Shown here: one piece after another, positions 47,001 to 57,025 of the stretch
How the letters are laid out: the number at the start of each line of letters is the position of its first letter
Numbering within the stretch: the first letter of the stretch is position 1
Source of the DNA: an uncultured cyanobacterium
GTDB lineage: Bacteria; Cyanobacteriota; Cyanobacteriia; Cyanobacteriales; CAWCAG01
NCBI GenBank assembly: GCA_963793425.1
Contig: CAWCAG010000003.1
Coordinates: 1 to 64,000 of the forward strand
Direction of reading: 5' to 3'
DNA length: 64,000 nucleotides
Position numbers and translations under genes: made by a program
The notes under the pieces: model-generated
Database searches by the model: none
What the model saw: only the letters and a program-made list of their open reading frames with translations
What the model was told of the DNA's origin: nothing

Positions 47001-47886
47001 GATCTATAACCTCATCAAGCAGGGTAGCTTCTCCTGTTGCTCCCTTAACTTGGAAAATAATATCGTTGTAGTCTCCGTCAGAAGGGCCATCAACCCGCAA
47101 ATCCTCTAAAGCAAAGGTATGACCATCACCAGTAACATCAGCTATTTGTCCAAAGTGAAAAGCATCTTCAGGGTTAGCTGTAGCTAGGGAAAATAGAGGA
47201 GTTTTTGCCCCAGCAAGGTCAGGATTAGCGACTACCTCTTCAACCCTGCCATTAGGAACCAACATAAAGCCAAACTCATCTCCTGGCTTCATGTTGAAGG
47301 TTTTAGCTCCTAAATACTCTCCTCGGTTGTAATTAGGTTCCCCTAATTCCCCACTAAACCTCGCCCCTTCCCCTCTATCAGAAATGACAATATGGCCTAA
47401 CTCTGAATCACTCAAAGCACGGCTAGCTGCCTGGGCAATAAACTCTGATGAACCAGCCTCAAGCTCCTCCATCCCTTCTAAGCTAAAGATGGCCAACTCT
47501 CCTTTATACCCACCGCCATCAAAGAGGAAATCAATCTCTACTTGCCCTGAGTCTCCCACTATGAAGTACCCAGAGGTAAAATTCGATTCTATTTGGACAA
47601 AATCGCTCCCATCATCTAACTCCTCTGGGTCGAAAAAGTCTAAGATTTCCGAACCATCGTCTCCTAATTCTTCATCAGCTACAGAAGCAATTTCTGCTAA
47701 TTCTTCTACAAAATCAAAGTCATCTTGGTCTGGTAAATCAATTAAATCTGGTACATCATCCCCCCCATCTACTAATCCGGAGGGAGTCAGAATTGGTTCT
47801 AGAATAAAAGTCCGCAGCTTAGGCTTCTGTTCCTTAGCTTGCTTCTTTTTATCGTCTGGATTTTTGGAAGAGTTAAATAATCCCAT
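26037..47886 (-). CDS. Giant (~7,280 aa) Rhs toxin/adhesin: LEPILTPSG motif, DUF4114-like domain, ~9 Calx-beta, PPC-like repeats, He_PIG Ig repeats, vWA, YD repeats, Rhs core, ~210 aa tip
   Basis: ORFs 40135-47886 and 26037-39701 are bridged by PPC-repeat coding sequence with ~7 single-base frameshifts; vWA MIDAS IDTSGS; YLRARYYDSQTGRFASVDP...NPVTYIDPSG. Confidence 0.88.
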
Positions 47887-48224
47887 TGCTCAGATGCGAT
47901 GATGAGTAGGTGCTGGAGTTAGGAATTATTCTAGGTTACAAGTACTTCAATCTCTGCCTTGGGAATTACGTAATGATACTACGGATCTTTCTTTATTCGT
48001 ACTTTCAAGTAACTGTAAAGCTCAATTACTTTTATTGTCTACCTCCTAGGAAGTAGTTAGGTTTCCCGCTTCTCTCCGTACTCTTTTAGCTTGCTCGTAT
48101 AACCACTCAAATTAAGCTAAGAGCAAGGATTTTTGTCACAAAACTTATCCTCGGTCAGAGAATTTGGCGAACATTTTGAGAAAACATGGGTTTATCTTAG
48201 GCTTAAAGTGCATTTACTTTCCCT

Positions 48225-49649
48225 ATGGCAATGAATCTAGCTGAAACTACTCTTAGCTACCACAAACAGCTATGTCCAGACTTAACTACTTATTGGCAGT
48301 TAAGACACTCACCGGATTCAGAGGGGTTTTTCCTTAGAGCTAAAGGACTAAATCTCTGCCACAGCTTCAGCAGTAAAGAAGCTTTTGTCCTACAACACTT
48401 CAATGGCAAATGGACTGTAGATAAAATTCAAAAACGTTCTCAGAAGCATTTTTCTGGGCAAGTTTCTTCTAACTTCGTAGAAGAGTTACTAGAAAAGCTT
48501 GTCAGCTTAGACATTGTTGTACCAGCCTCAGAGTTAGAAGCTAGAGGAATACAACTTAAACCCTGCGTTGAATTCATTCTCCATCCAGAGGGACATTGGA
48601 TACTTCGCAACCCAGAAGACATTACCCACATACAGGTTTGTCCTCGTGGTAAAGCTATTGTAGAACAGTTGCAGGCATACTCCCCTGAAGAAATAGTTAA
48701 ACAGGGAGAATTTCAACCAGCAGAAATCAAAGATATTTTAGGGCAGCTAAGAGTAACAGCTATGATAGCTGGAACTAAACCTCCTCAACCTCCGAAAAAG
48801 AAATTTAATCCCCTACAACTACTATTTTTCCGAGTCAAACTCTTTAACCCAGATCCCTACCTATTAACACCAGCCAAACTTCTAGCTTGGATTTGGACAA
48901 AGCCTTTCTTTTTAATACTTTGCGCCTTTCTCTCCTTATCAACAGTAGTTGGTTTGAACCACAGAGCGCACATCCTATTAACAGGACAAATACTCTGGCA
49001 AAACTACGGTGCAACCTTAATCATTCCCTTCGGTTTACTAGCTGTATTAGTTGTCACTATCCATGAATTAGGTCATGCCCTCACCCTCAAACACTACAAT
49101 GGCATCGTACCGGAAGTAGGTTTGCTGTTTATGTTTATGATGCCAGCAGCCTACACTAACACCAGCGATTCTTATTGTTTAGTTAAGCGTAGACAAAGAG
49201 TCTTTGTAGTTGGGGCAGGGATTTTAACTCAATTAACTGTAGGGGGAATCGCCTTTTGGTTGTGGCAGATTTCGGTAGAAAGCAGTTGGTTATATCAAAG
49301 CAGTTACTTACTACTCATTGCTGCTTTATTTACCATCGCTGTTAACCTCAATCCCCTAGCCAGATTTGATGGCTATCACTTACTGGTTGCTTTGACTGGC
49401 ATTAATAATTTACGCAAACGTTCTTTTGACTATTATCGTAACTTATTTACCTTTACTCCCACAGAAGAACCAAAGCAAACTCAACCTATTTTAGCTGCCT
49501 ACGCTCCCTTTAGCTTTGCCTATATTATCTTCGTCTTCGGTAGTATCTTTCGTCTTATTATTCACTGGAGTTTAGACAACATTCCTATCACTGCTTTTTT
49601 GCTATTACTAGCATGGGCAATTTACTACTTTTTTCCTAGGCAACATTAG
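48225..49649 (+). CDS. M50 (site-2) intramembrane zinc peptidase with tandem N-terminal PqqD/RRE-like domains
   Basis: TIHELGH (HExxH) and NLNPLARFDGY, multiple TM helices; two ~80 aa N-terminal units with a 3-strand/3-helix pattern. Confidence 0.85.
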   Translation: MAMNLAETTLSYHKQLCPDLTTYWQLRHSPDSEGFFLRAKGLNLCHSFSSKEAFVLQHFNGKWTVDKIQKRSQKHFSGQVSSNFVEELLEKLVSLDIVVPASELEARGIQLKPCVEFILHPEGHWILRNPEDITHIQVCPRGKAIVEQLQAYSPEEIVKQGEFQPAEIKDILGQLRVTAMIAGTKPPQPPKKKFNPLQLLFFRVKLFNPDPYLLTPAKLLAWIWTKPFFLILCAFLSLSTVVGLNHRAHILLTGQILWQNYGATLIIPFGLLAVLVVTIHELGHALTLKHYNGIVPEVGLLFMFMMPAAYTNTSDSYCLVKRRQRVFVVGAGILTQLTVGGIAFWLWQISVESSWLYQSSYLLLIAALFTIAVNLNPLARFDGYHLLVALTGINNLRKRSFDYYRNLFTFTPTEEPKQTQPILAAYAPFSFAYIIFVFGSIFRLIIHWSLDNIPITAFLLLLAWAIYYFFPRQH

Positions 49650-49734
49650 CTGTTAGCTGTTAGCTATTCCCTACAGCCTACGGCAACGCATCCGCGAAAC
49701 GCCAACCCTATTCCCTGTTCCCTGTTCCCAAAAA

Positions 49735-51081
49735 ATGATTAATAACTCAACTGATAAAAAACACCTTAGAGCAGTTAATCCTAAAACCCATTCTCCAACC
49801 CTTAAAAAACCAGAATCATCACCTCAGCCCACAGACAAAGCACCGCCACAAACTAAAAAGAAGTCCTACACAGGTTGGTTGATCTTTGGCAGTATTGTCA
49901 TCGTTTTGGGAGCGGTTAGCCAAATTCCTATTTCTCCTACCGTTAGAGCAGATGCTTGGTTAGAACCAGACCCAGAAGCTAGACAGGTTGTTCACATGGA
50001 AGTACCGGGGAAAATAACTGAGGTTTTAGTTAAACCAAATCAAAATATCGAACCTGGAGATGCCATTGCCATATTGGAAACTGAACAATTAGAAGAAGAG
50101 ATTATTGAGTGGGATTTACGGGTACAAGAAAGCTTATCTGGAGTAGAAAATGCTAATCAACAGGTAAGTAATGCTCAAGCAAAGATCCAACAGACTCGCA
50201 TTAATGAACAACAAATTCAAAATCGAGTAGCTAAACTACAGCAAGAAACTGAGCTTATGGAAGCTGGCTCTCTTCCTCCTCATCTTCAAGCTATTGAACA
50301 AGAAGTTACTACTCTGAAGCAAACCGTAGCTAGTTTAGACCAAACCATTAGCCGCTATCAAAGCTTAGTACAAGAGGGAGCCGTTTCTTATGAGCAAGTT
50401 AATGAACAAGAGCGGCACAAACTGAATGTACTAAGGCAAATATCTGACCAACAAGCAGAGATTGAAACTCATAAAAGACAGTTGTACAAACAATTGCAAA
50501 ATAAACAAGAAGAACTCAACCATTTGCAAACTGCTACTGTCATAGCCCAACAGGAATTAGCGACGGCACAAACTCAAATTAAAACTCAAGCTCCTATCTT
50601 ACAGAAAGTTAAGCAACAAAGGGATAAGAAAAATGAGTTGCAAGCTAACTCTCAGGTAATCAGAGCTAGTCAAGGGGGAAAGATTATTTCTCAAAACTTA
50701 TACGCTTTAGAAGGGAAAACCTTAGAGCCAGGAGAACCGATTTTAGAAATAGCTCAACCTAATCAGTTAGTTGCTGTCATTGAAGTACGTCAAGAAGAAG
50801 CTGATTTAATCAAGGAGGGAGCAATAGTTACTTTTAATCCTGTAGAGCCGGGTTATGAAAGTTTCACTACTAATATTGAAGAGATTATTGATGTTTTAGA
50901 AGTTGATGAACAATTGAAGAAATCCACTTTGCAGGTTATTGCTCAAGTTGAAACTAAAGGAAGCGATTTGAAGCCAGGAGCTAAAGTGTTTGCCAAGATT
51001 AAGTCTCCTCAACAAATTCGTCTTTATCAAAAGGTTTGGCGGGAGTTTCTTAACTTGTTTAAGATTCGCAAGTATTCTTAA
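49735..51081 (+). CDS. HlyD-family periplasmic adaptor (membrane fusion protein)
   Basis: Single TM, lipoyl halves (VPGKITEVLVKPNQNIEPGDAIA / IRASQGGKI..PGEPILEI), long coiled coil, LKPGAK. Confidence 0.92.
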   Translation: MINNSTDKKHLRAVNPKTHSPTLKKPESSPQPTDKAPPQTKKKSYTGWLIFGSIVIVLGAVSQIPISPTVRADAWLEPDPEARQVVHMEVPGKITEVLVKPNQNIEPGDAIAILETEQLEEEIIEWDLRVQESLSGVENANQQVSNAQAKIQQTRINEQQIQNRVAKLQQETELMEAGSLPPHLQAIEQEVTTLKQTVASLDQTISRYQSLVQEGAVSYEQVNEQERHKLNVLRQISDQQAEIETHKRQLYKQLQNKQEELNHLQTATVIAQQELATAQTQIKTQAPILQKVKQQRDKKNELQANSQVIRASQGGKIISQNLYALEGKTLEPGEPILEIAQPNQLVAVIEVRQEEADLIKEGAIVTFNPVEPGYESFTTNIEEIIDVLEVDEQLKKSTLQVIAQVETKGSDLKPGAKVFAKIKSPQQIRLYQKVWREFLNLFKIRKYS

Positions 51082-51164
51082 ATGATTGATACTTAGATAA
51101 CTCTACTATTGTCGCAGACTAAATTAATAACTATTTGAACCTACCCATTTATCACTTTTTACCA

Positions 51165-54100
51165 ATGAATAAGCAGCTACCTTTATCTTTGAGCTTAATC
51201 GCTTCGGTCTTAGCTAATTTCGCTCCTCAAATAGCTTTAGCTCAATCTATTGTCGCTACACCGGATAATACAGGTACGGTTATTCAATATAACGGCAATA
51301 CTTATACGATTAATGGTGGTACTCAAGCAGGAGCAAACTTATTTCATAGTTTTGTTGAATTTGGACTATCTCCAGGAGAAATTGCCAGCTTTCTTAGCAA
51401 CCCTAATATTAATAATATCTTAGGAAGAGTTACGGGAGGAAACCCTTCTTTAATAGAAGGTTTACTACAGGTAAGTGGTGGCAATTCTAATCTCTTTTTG
51501 ATGAATCCGGCAGGGATAGTTTTCGGTACTCAAGGAAGATTGGATGTACCCGGTAGTTTTATTGCCACCACAGCAGACAAAATTGGTTTTTCTGAGGATA
51601 GTTGGTTTAATTCTAGAGGTGATAATAATTATCAAAATTTAGTCGCTTCTCCGAGTAGCTTTGTTTTCACCCAGACTATCCCAGGTACAATTATCAACGC
51701 AGGTAATTTAACTACTTCCTTTGGTAACAACCTAAGTTTAGTCGGTGGCACTATTGTTAATACTGGAACTATCTCTGCATTGGGAGGAAATGTTACTCTG
51801 GCTGCTGTCCCAGGAGAAAACCTGGTACGCATTTCCCAAGCTGGCATGATCCTCGGCTTAGAAGTTTCCCCAGAATCCTTAACTAAAGGCATTTCACCTC
51901 TTGATTTACCCAAGTTATTAACTAACCCTAAAATCCGCAATGCTACCAAGTTGAAGTTAGACAGCAACGTCTTACCTAGGAATGTCACCATTGCTGGAGA
52001 AGTAAGAGGGCAAACAGTTAACTTTGCTGCTGCCAATAGAGTTATTCCCGTCTCTTCAGCTAAACAATTAGTATTTACTGGAGATGGCACAAAAAGTTCG
52101 CCTACAGTGACTTTGTTTCCTCAAACTCCAGAAGATGCGTTCGCTTATGTTTTTATAGATGCTACAGTGCCAGATTATCAAAGTTTCTTATATGGAGGTA
52201 AACCGGGAACTACCAGTGTCGTAGTAACAGAGAATGAAAATGGCGTTGCTAAGATTAGCAGTACCCTCACCAACGTGACTGATTTAGAGGAATTGCACCT
52301 CCTTGTAGAGGGAGATGAAGGTAACTTTTGGTTGGGTAATACTTTCATCAGTAACCAAAACCTACAACAACATCAACAGAGCTTGCAAAGCTGGTCTAAA
52401 TCTTTTGCTCCAGGAGCAGATATGCTTATTTATAGCTGTTTCACTGCTTTGGGGATAACTGGAGAAGCTTTGTTGCAGGGGATTGCTTCAACTACAGGAG
52501 CAGATGTAGCAGCTTCTACAAACCTAACAGGTGATGCTTTTTTAGGAGGAGATTGGGTTTTAGAAAAAAGTGTCGGCAACATCGAAGCAGATTTAGCTTT
52601 TCGTAACTTAGTATTAGATACTTTCCAAGGAAAGCTACAAGTCTTCACAGCTACTAATACTGCTGAATTAATTAACCACCTAAACTCTAGTAATAGCAAC
52701 GCACAAGACGACACTATCAACTTATTACCTAACATCACCTACACTATCAATGCTGTTGAAAACATTACCGATGGTAACAATGGCTTACCAATTATTCTTG
52801 CTGATGGAGGTAGGAGTATAACTATTAACAGTAAAGGCTCTACTTTAGCCAGAAGTAACATAGGAAGAACCCCTGATTTTCGCCTTCTCTATGTGGCAAC
52901 AGGGGCAGATGTTACCCTCAATGATTTAACTATCAGCAATGGTAAAACCTCTGGTACAGTCTTTGCTGATGATGCTGCTGGTGGTGGCATTTTTAATCAG
53001 GGACAGTTGACTTTAAACAGAACTACTGTTGTTAGCAATGTCGCGACTAACAAGGGCGGTGGCATTTTTAATAGTGATAATAGCTCTCTAACTTTAACTC
53101 AGAGCAACATTGCTAATAACTCAGCCCTCAATTTCGGACAGGGGGGCGGCATTTACAACGGCAATAATAGTCTTCTTACAGTTACTAATAGTACTATCGC
53201 TAATAACTCTGTTAACTCTAATGGTAATGGTGGTGGCATTTACAATACTCAAGATACAGTCACTATCAATGACAGCACTCTCAAGAACAACTCAGCAGAA
53301 GTTAGCGGTGGTGCTATTCATAGCAATGCAGGCATCTTAAATGTAACTAATAGCAGCATTGAGAATAACTCCAGTCAGTTTTTGGGAGGTGGCTTCCATA
53401 GCAGCAATAGCAGTCAAACGACTATTACAGGTAGTAACTTTATTAAAAACTCGGCTATTATTGGCGGTGCAATTAGTAACAACAAGAGCCAAGCTACTAT
53501 TACCAACAGTAGTATTGATAGTAATACTACTCTTCCTAATGGCAACGGTGGTGGCATTGCCAACGATAGCGATAGTAGACTTACCATTATGGGTAGTACC
53601 ATCAGTAACAACTTAGCTAATGCTGGTGGTGGTATTTATAATCAGAGGAATAGTACAGCCACAATTACCAACACTACCATTAGTGGCAATCGTAGTAATG
53701 GTGCGGGAGGGGGCATTTCTAATAGCGATGCTAGTACCATTTCCTTAACTAACAGCACTGTTACTAATAACATTGCTGATGTTGATGGCGATAATATTGG
53801 TGATGGAGGAGGCATTTTTAGCTTTAATTTCTCTACCTACATTGCCCGTAATAGCATTATCGCTGGTAACTCTGATGTGGGGGGACAGGGGAATGATGTT
53901 TTTGGTGATAATCTCACTGGTGATGGTCATAATTTAATTGGTGATTTGACTGGCATAGGGACTAGTAGTTTGGGAGGTGGTAGTGATTTAACTTTTACTC
54001 AACTAGGAATTAGCGATATTGAACAAGTGCTTTTTCCCCTTGGTGGCTACGGCGGCTCTACCCAAACCCACGCCCTCCGCCCTGGTAGCCCTGCCCTTGA

Positions 54101-54830
54101 TGCAGGGGATAATAATTTAGTTTCTGGAGGAATAACCACTGACCAAAGAGGTATGAATCGCTTTATGAGTAGTACTGTGGATATCGGAGCTTACGAATCC
54201 TCCGGCTTTGCCCTCACAGTTGTAGCCGGAAGTCCCCAAACTACTGATGTTAATACTACCTTCTCTACTCCTCTTACAGTTCAAGTTACTGACCAAGCTT
54301 CTAACGCTCCTCTACCTTTAGATAGTTCAGTTGTTACCTTCAGTCTTTCTAGTCAAGGGTTTGGCACTTTGAGGAGCGGCACAGCCGTCACAACCGACAC
54401 TCAAGGCAAAGCTAGTAATACCCTTACAGCTAGTAATCTTCCTGGTAGCTATCAAGTAACTGCTTCTCTTTCTGGTTCGGCTACAGTTGATTTTCAACTC
54501 ACTAACAAGCCATCTCTCCCTCCTCCCAACAGGCCAATACCTATTGACAATCAGCCCCCCATTACAAATAATGACCAATCAAACCTTATTTCTCCTCCAG
54601 AATCAGATACTATTTCTCACTCTCAACCAATACCTGAAGCCATACCAAAAGTTTCCCTTACCTGCACAGATGAGGTTATTTCTCAACTTCCTCATTCTGA
54701 GTTTTTGTCTGCCGTCACAAACTCAGGAAGCTTACCAGATAAGCAGTTATTAACAGAGCTAGAGGAGTTATTGCAAAGTTGTCATTTTCCTTATTTTGAT
54801 GACAATCACAGTACAATCTCGAACCCCTGA
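51165..54830 (+). CDS. Filamentous haemagglutinin/TpsA-like protein: TPS domain, DUF4347-like domain, beta-helix repeats, choice-of-anchor-Q-like and Ig domains
   Basis: Signal peptide ..IALAQ, NLFHSF, LFLMNPAGIVFG, many GGGI(F/Y)N repeats, THALRPGSPALDAG..DQRG..DIGAYE; ATG 51165 preferred over TTG 51135. Confidence 0.88.
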   Translation: MNKQLPLSLSLIASVLANFAPQIALAQSIVATPDNTGTVIQYNGNTYTINGGTQAGANLFHSFVEFGLSPGEIASFLSNPNINNILGRVTGGNPSLIEGLLQVSGGNSNLFLMNPAGIVFGTQGRLDVPGSFIATTADKIGFSEDSWFNSRGDNNYQNLVASPSSFVFTQTIPGTIINAGNLTTSFGNNLSLVGGTIVNTGTISALGGNVTLAAVPGENLVRISQAGMILGLEVSPESLTKGISPLDLPKLLTNPKIRNATKLKLDSNVLPRNVTIAGEVRGQTVNFAAANRVIPVSSAKQLVFTGDGTKSSPTVTLFPQTPEDAFAYVFIDATVPDYQSFLYGGKPGTTSVVVTENENGVAKISSTLTNVTDLEELHLLVEGDEGNFWLGNTFISNQNLQQHQQSLQSWSKSFAPGADMLIYSCFTALGITGEALLQGIASTTGADVAASTNLTGDAFLGGDWVLEKSVGNIEADLAFRNLVLDTFQGKLQVFTATNTAELINHLNSSNSNAQDDTINLLPNITYTINAVENITDGNNGLPIILADGGRSITINSKGSTLARSNIGRTPDFRLLYVATGADVTLNDLTISNGKTSGTVFADDAAGGGIFNQGQLTLNRTTVVSNVATNKGGGIFNSDNSSLTLTQSNIANNSALNFGQGGGIYNGNNSLLTVTNSTIANNSVNSNGNGGGIYNTQDTVTINDSTLKNNSAEVSGGAIHSNAGILNVTNSSIENNSSQFLGGGFHSSNSSQTTITGSNFIKNSAIIGGAISNNKSQATITNSSIDSNTTLPNGNGGGIANDSDSRLTIMGSTISNNLANAGGGIYNQRNSTATITNTTISGNRSNGAGGGISNSDASTISLTNSTVTNNIADVDGDNIGDGGGIFSFNFSTYIARNSIIAGNSDVGGQGNDVFGDNLTGDGHNLIGDLTGIGTSSLGGGSDLTFTQLGISDIEQVLFPLGGYGGSTQTHALRPGSPALDAGDNNLVSGGITTDQRGMNRFMSSTVDIGAYESSGFALTVVAGSPQTTDVNTTFSTPLTVQVTDQASNAPLPLDSSVVTFSLSSQGFGTLRSGTAVTTDTQGKASNTLTASNLPGSYQVTASLSGSATVDFQLTNKPSLPPPNRPIPIDNQPPITNNDQSNLISPPESDTISHSQPIPEAIPKVSLTCTDEVISQLPHSEFLSAVTNSGSLPDKQLLTELEELLQSCHFPYFDDNHSTISNP

Positions 54831-54864
54831 TATCTCAATCACTCATTACCTATTAACTAAAAAT

Positions 54865-55566
54865 ATGAACCCCAAAATTACCATTCAAGAACTCTCTATC
54901 CTAGTTACTTCTCCTAACCATAATCCTAGTCTATTAACTCCTGATTTCCTCGCTGGTAGTGGTATTGTTCCCAAAGACTGGCAACTGGCTCGTCCTCCTT
55001 TGATGAAACCTCAGCTATCACAGATTGCTTTTACTAATGGTATCAATCTTGTTGCTCAGCCTGGTTCTCTTACTTTTACTGAATCTATCAAGAAGCAAGA
55101 TGAAGAGCAAACGGAGGATACTGAAGATTTAAAAGTATCTACCATTGCTCGTCAGTACGTCCAAACTTTACCTAATCTTGACTACAGGGCTGTTGCTATT
55201 AATCCCAGGAGTTTTCTTACCTTTGAAGTTGAAGATGAGTTTGCTGCCCGTGATTACATTGTCAAACACTTTCTTACCCCTGCACCCTGGCTTGAAGTAG
55301 GTACAACTCCTGCTAGAGCTTCTCTTAATTTAGCTTATGCTTTTGAGGCTACTAAGCTTAATCTGACTATTGCTGAGGTTAAGTTACAGCAAGAAGATAA
55401 GCCTGCAACTCCTGCTATTTTGTTTTCTGGTAACTTCCCCTATAAGATTACTGAAACTAGCAATGGGCAGAAACAAAGTCAGCTTTTTACTTTTCTTGAA
55501 CATTGGCAACGGGATTTAGAACTTTTCGGGCAAACTATGGATAAGTTTTTACAACCAAGTACTTGA
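54865..55566 (+). CDS. Hypothetical protein
   Basis: Likely ATG 54865 (MNPKITIQELSILV..NHNPSLLTPDFL..SGIVP); last gene of the + strand run. Confidence 0.75.
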   Translation: MNPKITIQELSILVTSPNHNPSLLTPDFLAGSGIVPKDWQLARPPLMKPQLSQIAFTNGINLVAQPGSLTFTESIKKQDEEQTEDTEDLKVSTIARQYVQTLPNLDYRAVAINPRSFLTFEVEDEFAARDYIVKHFLTPAPWLEVGTTPARASLNLAYAFEATKLNLTIAEVKLQQEDKPATPAILFSGNFPYKITETSNGQKQSQLFTFLEHWQRDLELFGQTMDKFLQPST

Positions 55567-55575
55567 TGATTTTCT

Positions 55576-55833
55576 CTAATCTTCTACTAATAACGCCTCC
55601 TCTATCAACTCTCTGATAAATTCGGCTTTACTCTTTTCTGCTTCAAATACATACCGAGATAGTTTTTTGTAGAGACTTAGGGGCATATCTACAGAAACTC
55701 TTTTGGTTACTTCTTTTTCTTCCTCTTGGTGCTGCTGTTTACCCTGCTTCTGCTGGGATAAAGTTTCCGAAGGAGATGTTTCTTCAGCAATGAATTTCTT
55801 CAAATCATCTGATAGTTTCTTTCTCGGACTCAT
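55576..55833 (-). CDS. Ribbon-helix-helix partition protein (ParG/CopG-like)
   Basis: KRVSVDMPLSLYKKL..SKAEFIRELI; overlaps the parA stop. Confidence 0.82.
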   Translation of the reverse strand: MSPRKKLSDDLKKFIAEETSPSETLSQQKQGKQQHQEEEKEVTKRVSVDMPLSLYKKLSRYVFEAEKSKAEFIRELIEEALLVED

Positions 55834-56465
55834 AAACTCAGTACCTCTTTACATAAAGAGTCATATTCCTTAGCTGCTTCTTTTCCGCTATGTCCTAGTT
55901 CCCACACTACTTTTTCCTGTCCCGCAGAATCGGCGACCGCCTGACGTTGATGGATGACACTTTTGAGTAGTTTGATATCTTCTAGGGAGGCTAACAACTC
56001 TAAGGCTTCTGCTTTAAGCCTAGTTCTGGGAACAGCCCGATTGATAAATACTGCCGCCTTTGGTTCACCTTTACGGATTCTCCTTGCTTGACGTATTAAG
56101 TTGATGGCATTACCTGATGATTGCAAGTCAAGGGCCGTAGGTTGGCAAGGAATAATCGCTTTATCTGTGTAACTGAGAATTACACGGGTAGTTTCTGAGA
56201 TGTTACCCGCAGCGTCAATAATGGTATATTCTTGTTTTTCTGCTAGGTCTGGAATGGCATCTGCCAAGATGTTGGGGTCAGTGATTAAGGAACTTGGTAG
56301 GTTACATTGGAGGGTTAATACCCATTCTGTGGCGGATCTCTGGGCATCTGTGTCTATTAGCAGTACGGTTTTTTTCTTTTTTACTGCTAGATAATAAGCC
56401 AGATGTAGTGCCGTACAAGTTTTACCTGTTCCCCCTTTTTGATTAACGAGGGCGATGATAGTCAT
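55830..56465 (-). CDS. parA: ParA Walker-type partition ATPase (short, type Ib)
   Basis: NQKGGTGKT, LIDTDAQ, IIDAAG, IPCQPT; ATG 56465 preferred over TTG 56474. Confidence 0.93.
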   Translation of the reverse strand: MTIIALVNQKGGTGKTCTALHLAYYLAVKKKKTVLLIDTDAQRSATEWVLTLQCNLPSSLITDPNILADAIPDLAEKQEYTIIDAAGNISETTRVILSYTDKAIIPCQPTALDLQSSGNAINLIRQARRIRKGEPKAAVFINRAVPRTRLKAEALELLASLEDIKLLKSVIHQRQAVADSAGQEKVVWELGHSGKEAAKEYDSLCKEVLSL

Positions 56466-56466
56466 T

Positions 56467-56927
56467 TTACTCAATTACTCAATTACTTAGTTACTTAGTT
56501 ACTTAGTCACTCAACTGTTTAATAATTTGATTATTTCATAATCAGTACTACTCTCAAGTTGAAATTGCTTCTAATGCGAAGGCTATTAGTTTTCATGGTA
56601 ACTGCTAGAATACTTAGTTACTTAATTACTTAGTTGAGTAATTAAGTAACTACTCTTACTCTGGCCGCTGTTAAAGTGAACTTTCCTCATCTGCGCCATA
56701 ATCGATTTTTTCTACAGCATTTATGATTCCAAAGCAATTGTGCAAGGCATCGTTGCACAATCTAATAGAGGTTACATAATTACTATCGGAGAAAGCAGAT
56801 GGTTGTTGAGACAAAGTTCTTAAGATTTAGGTGACTTTTGCCATTTTAGCTAGTCTCTACTCACGAAGGAAAGCTAGTTTCTATTAGTTACTCAATTAAG
56901 TAATTACTTAATTGAGTAATTGAGTAG
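56467..56927. promoter_or_regulatory. Centromere-like (parS/parH) octamer arrays TTACT(C/T)A(A/G)
   Basis: Six tandem octamers at 56467-56514; further direct and inverted clusters at ~56610-56650 and ~56886-56927. Confidence 0.8.
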
Positions 56928-57025
56928 TTTTTTTGTCGGACACTTTTTTTTGAAACTTTTGAACTTGTGTAGACGGAATTATCTAATTTTTTAGTACAAA
57001 CTAACTACATAGCCAAGAAACTAAA

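Noticed and set aside
26826..54753. Many short shadow ORFs within the giant Rhs and TpsA genes
   Set aside because: Antisense or alternate-frame products of biased, repetitive codon usage
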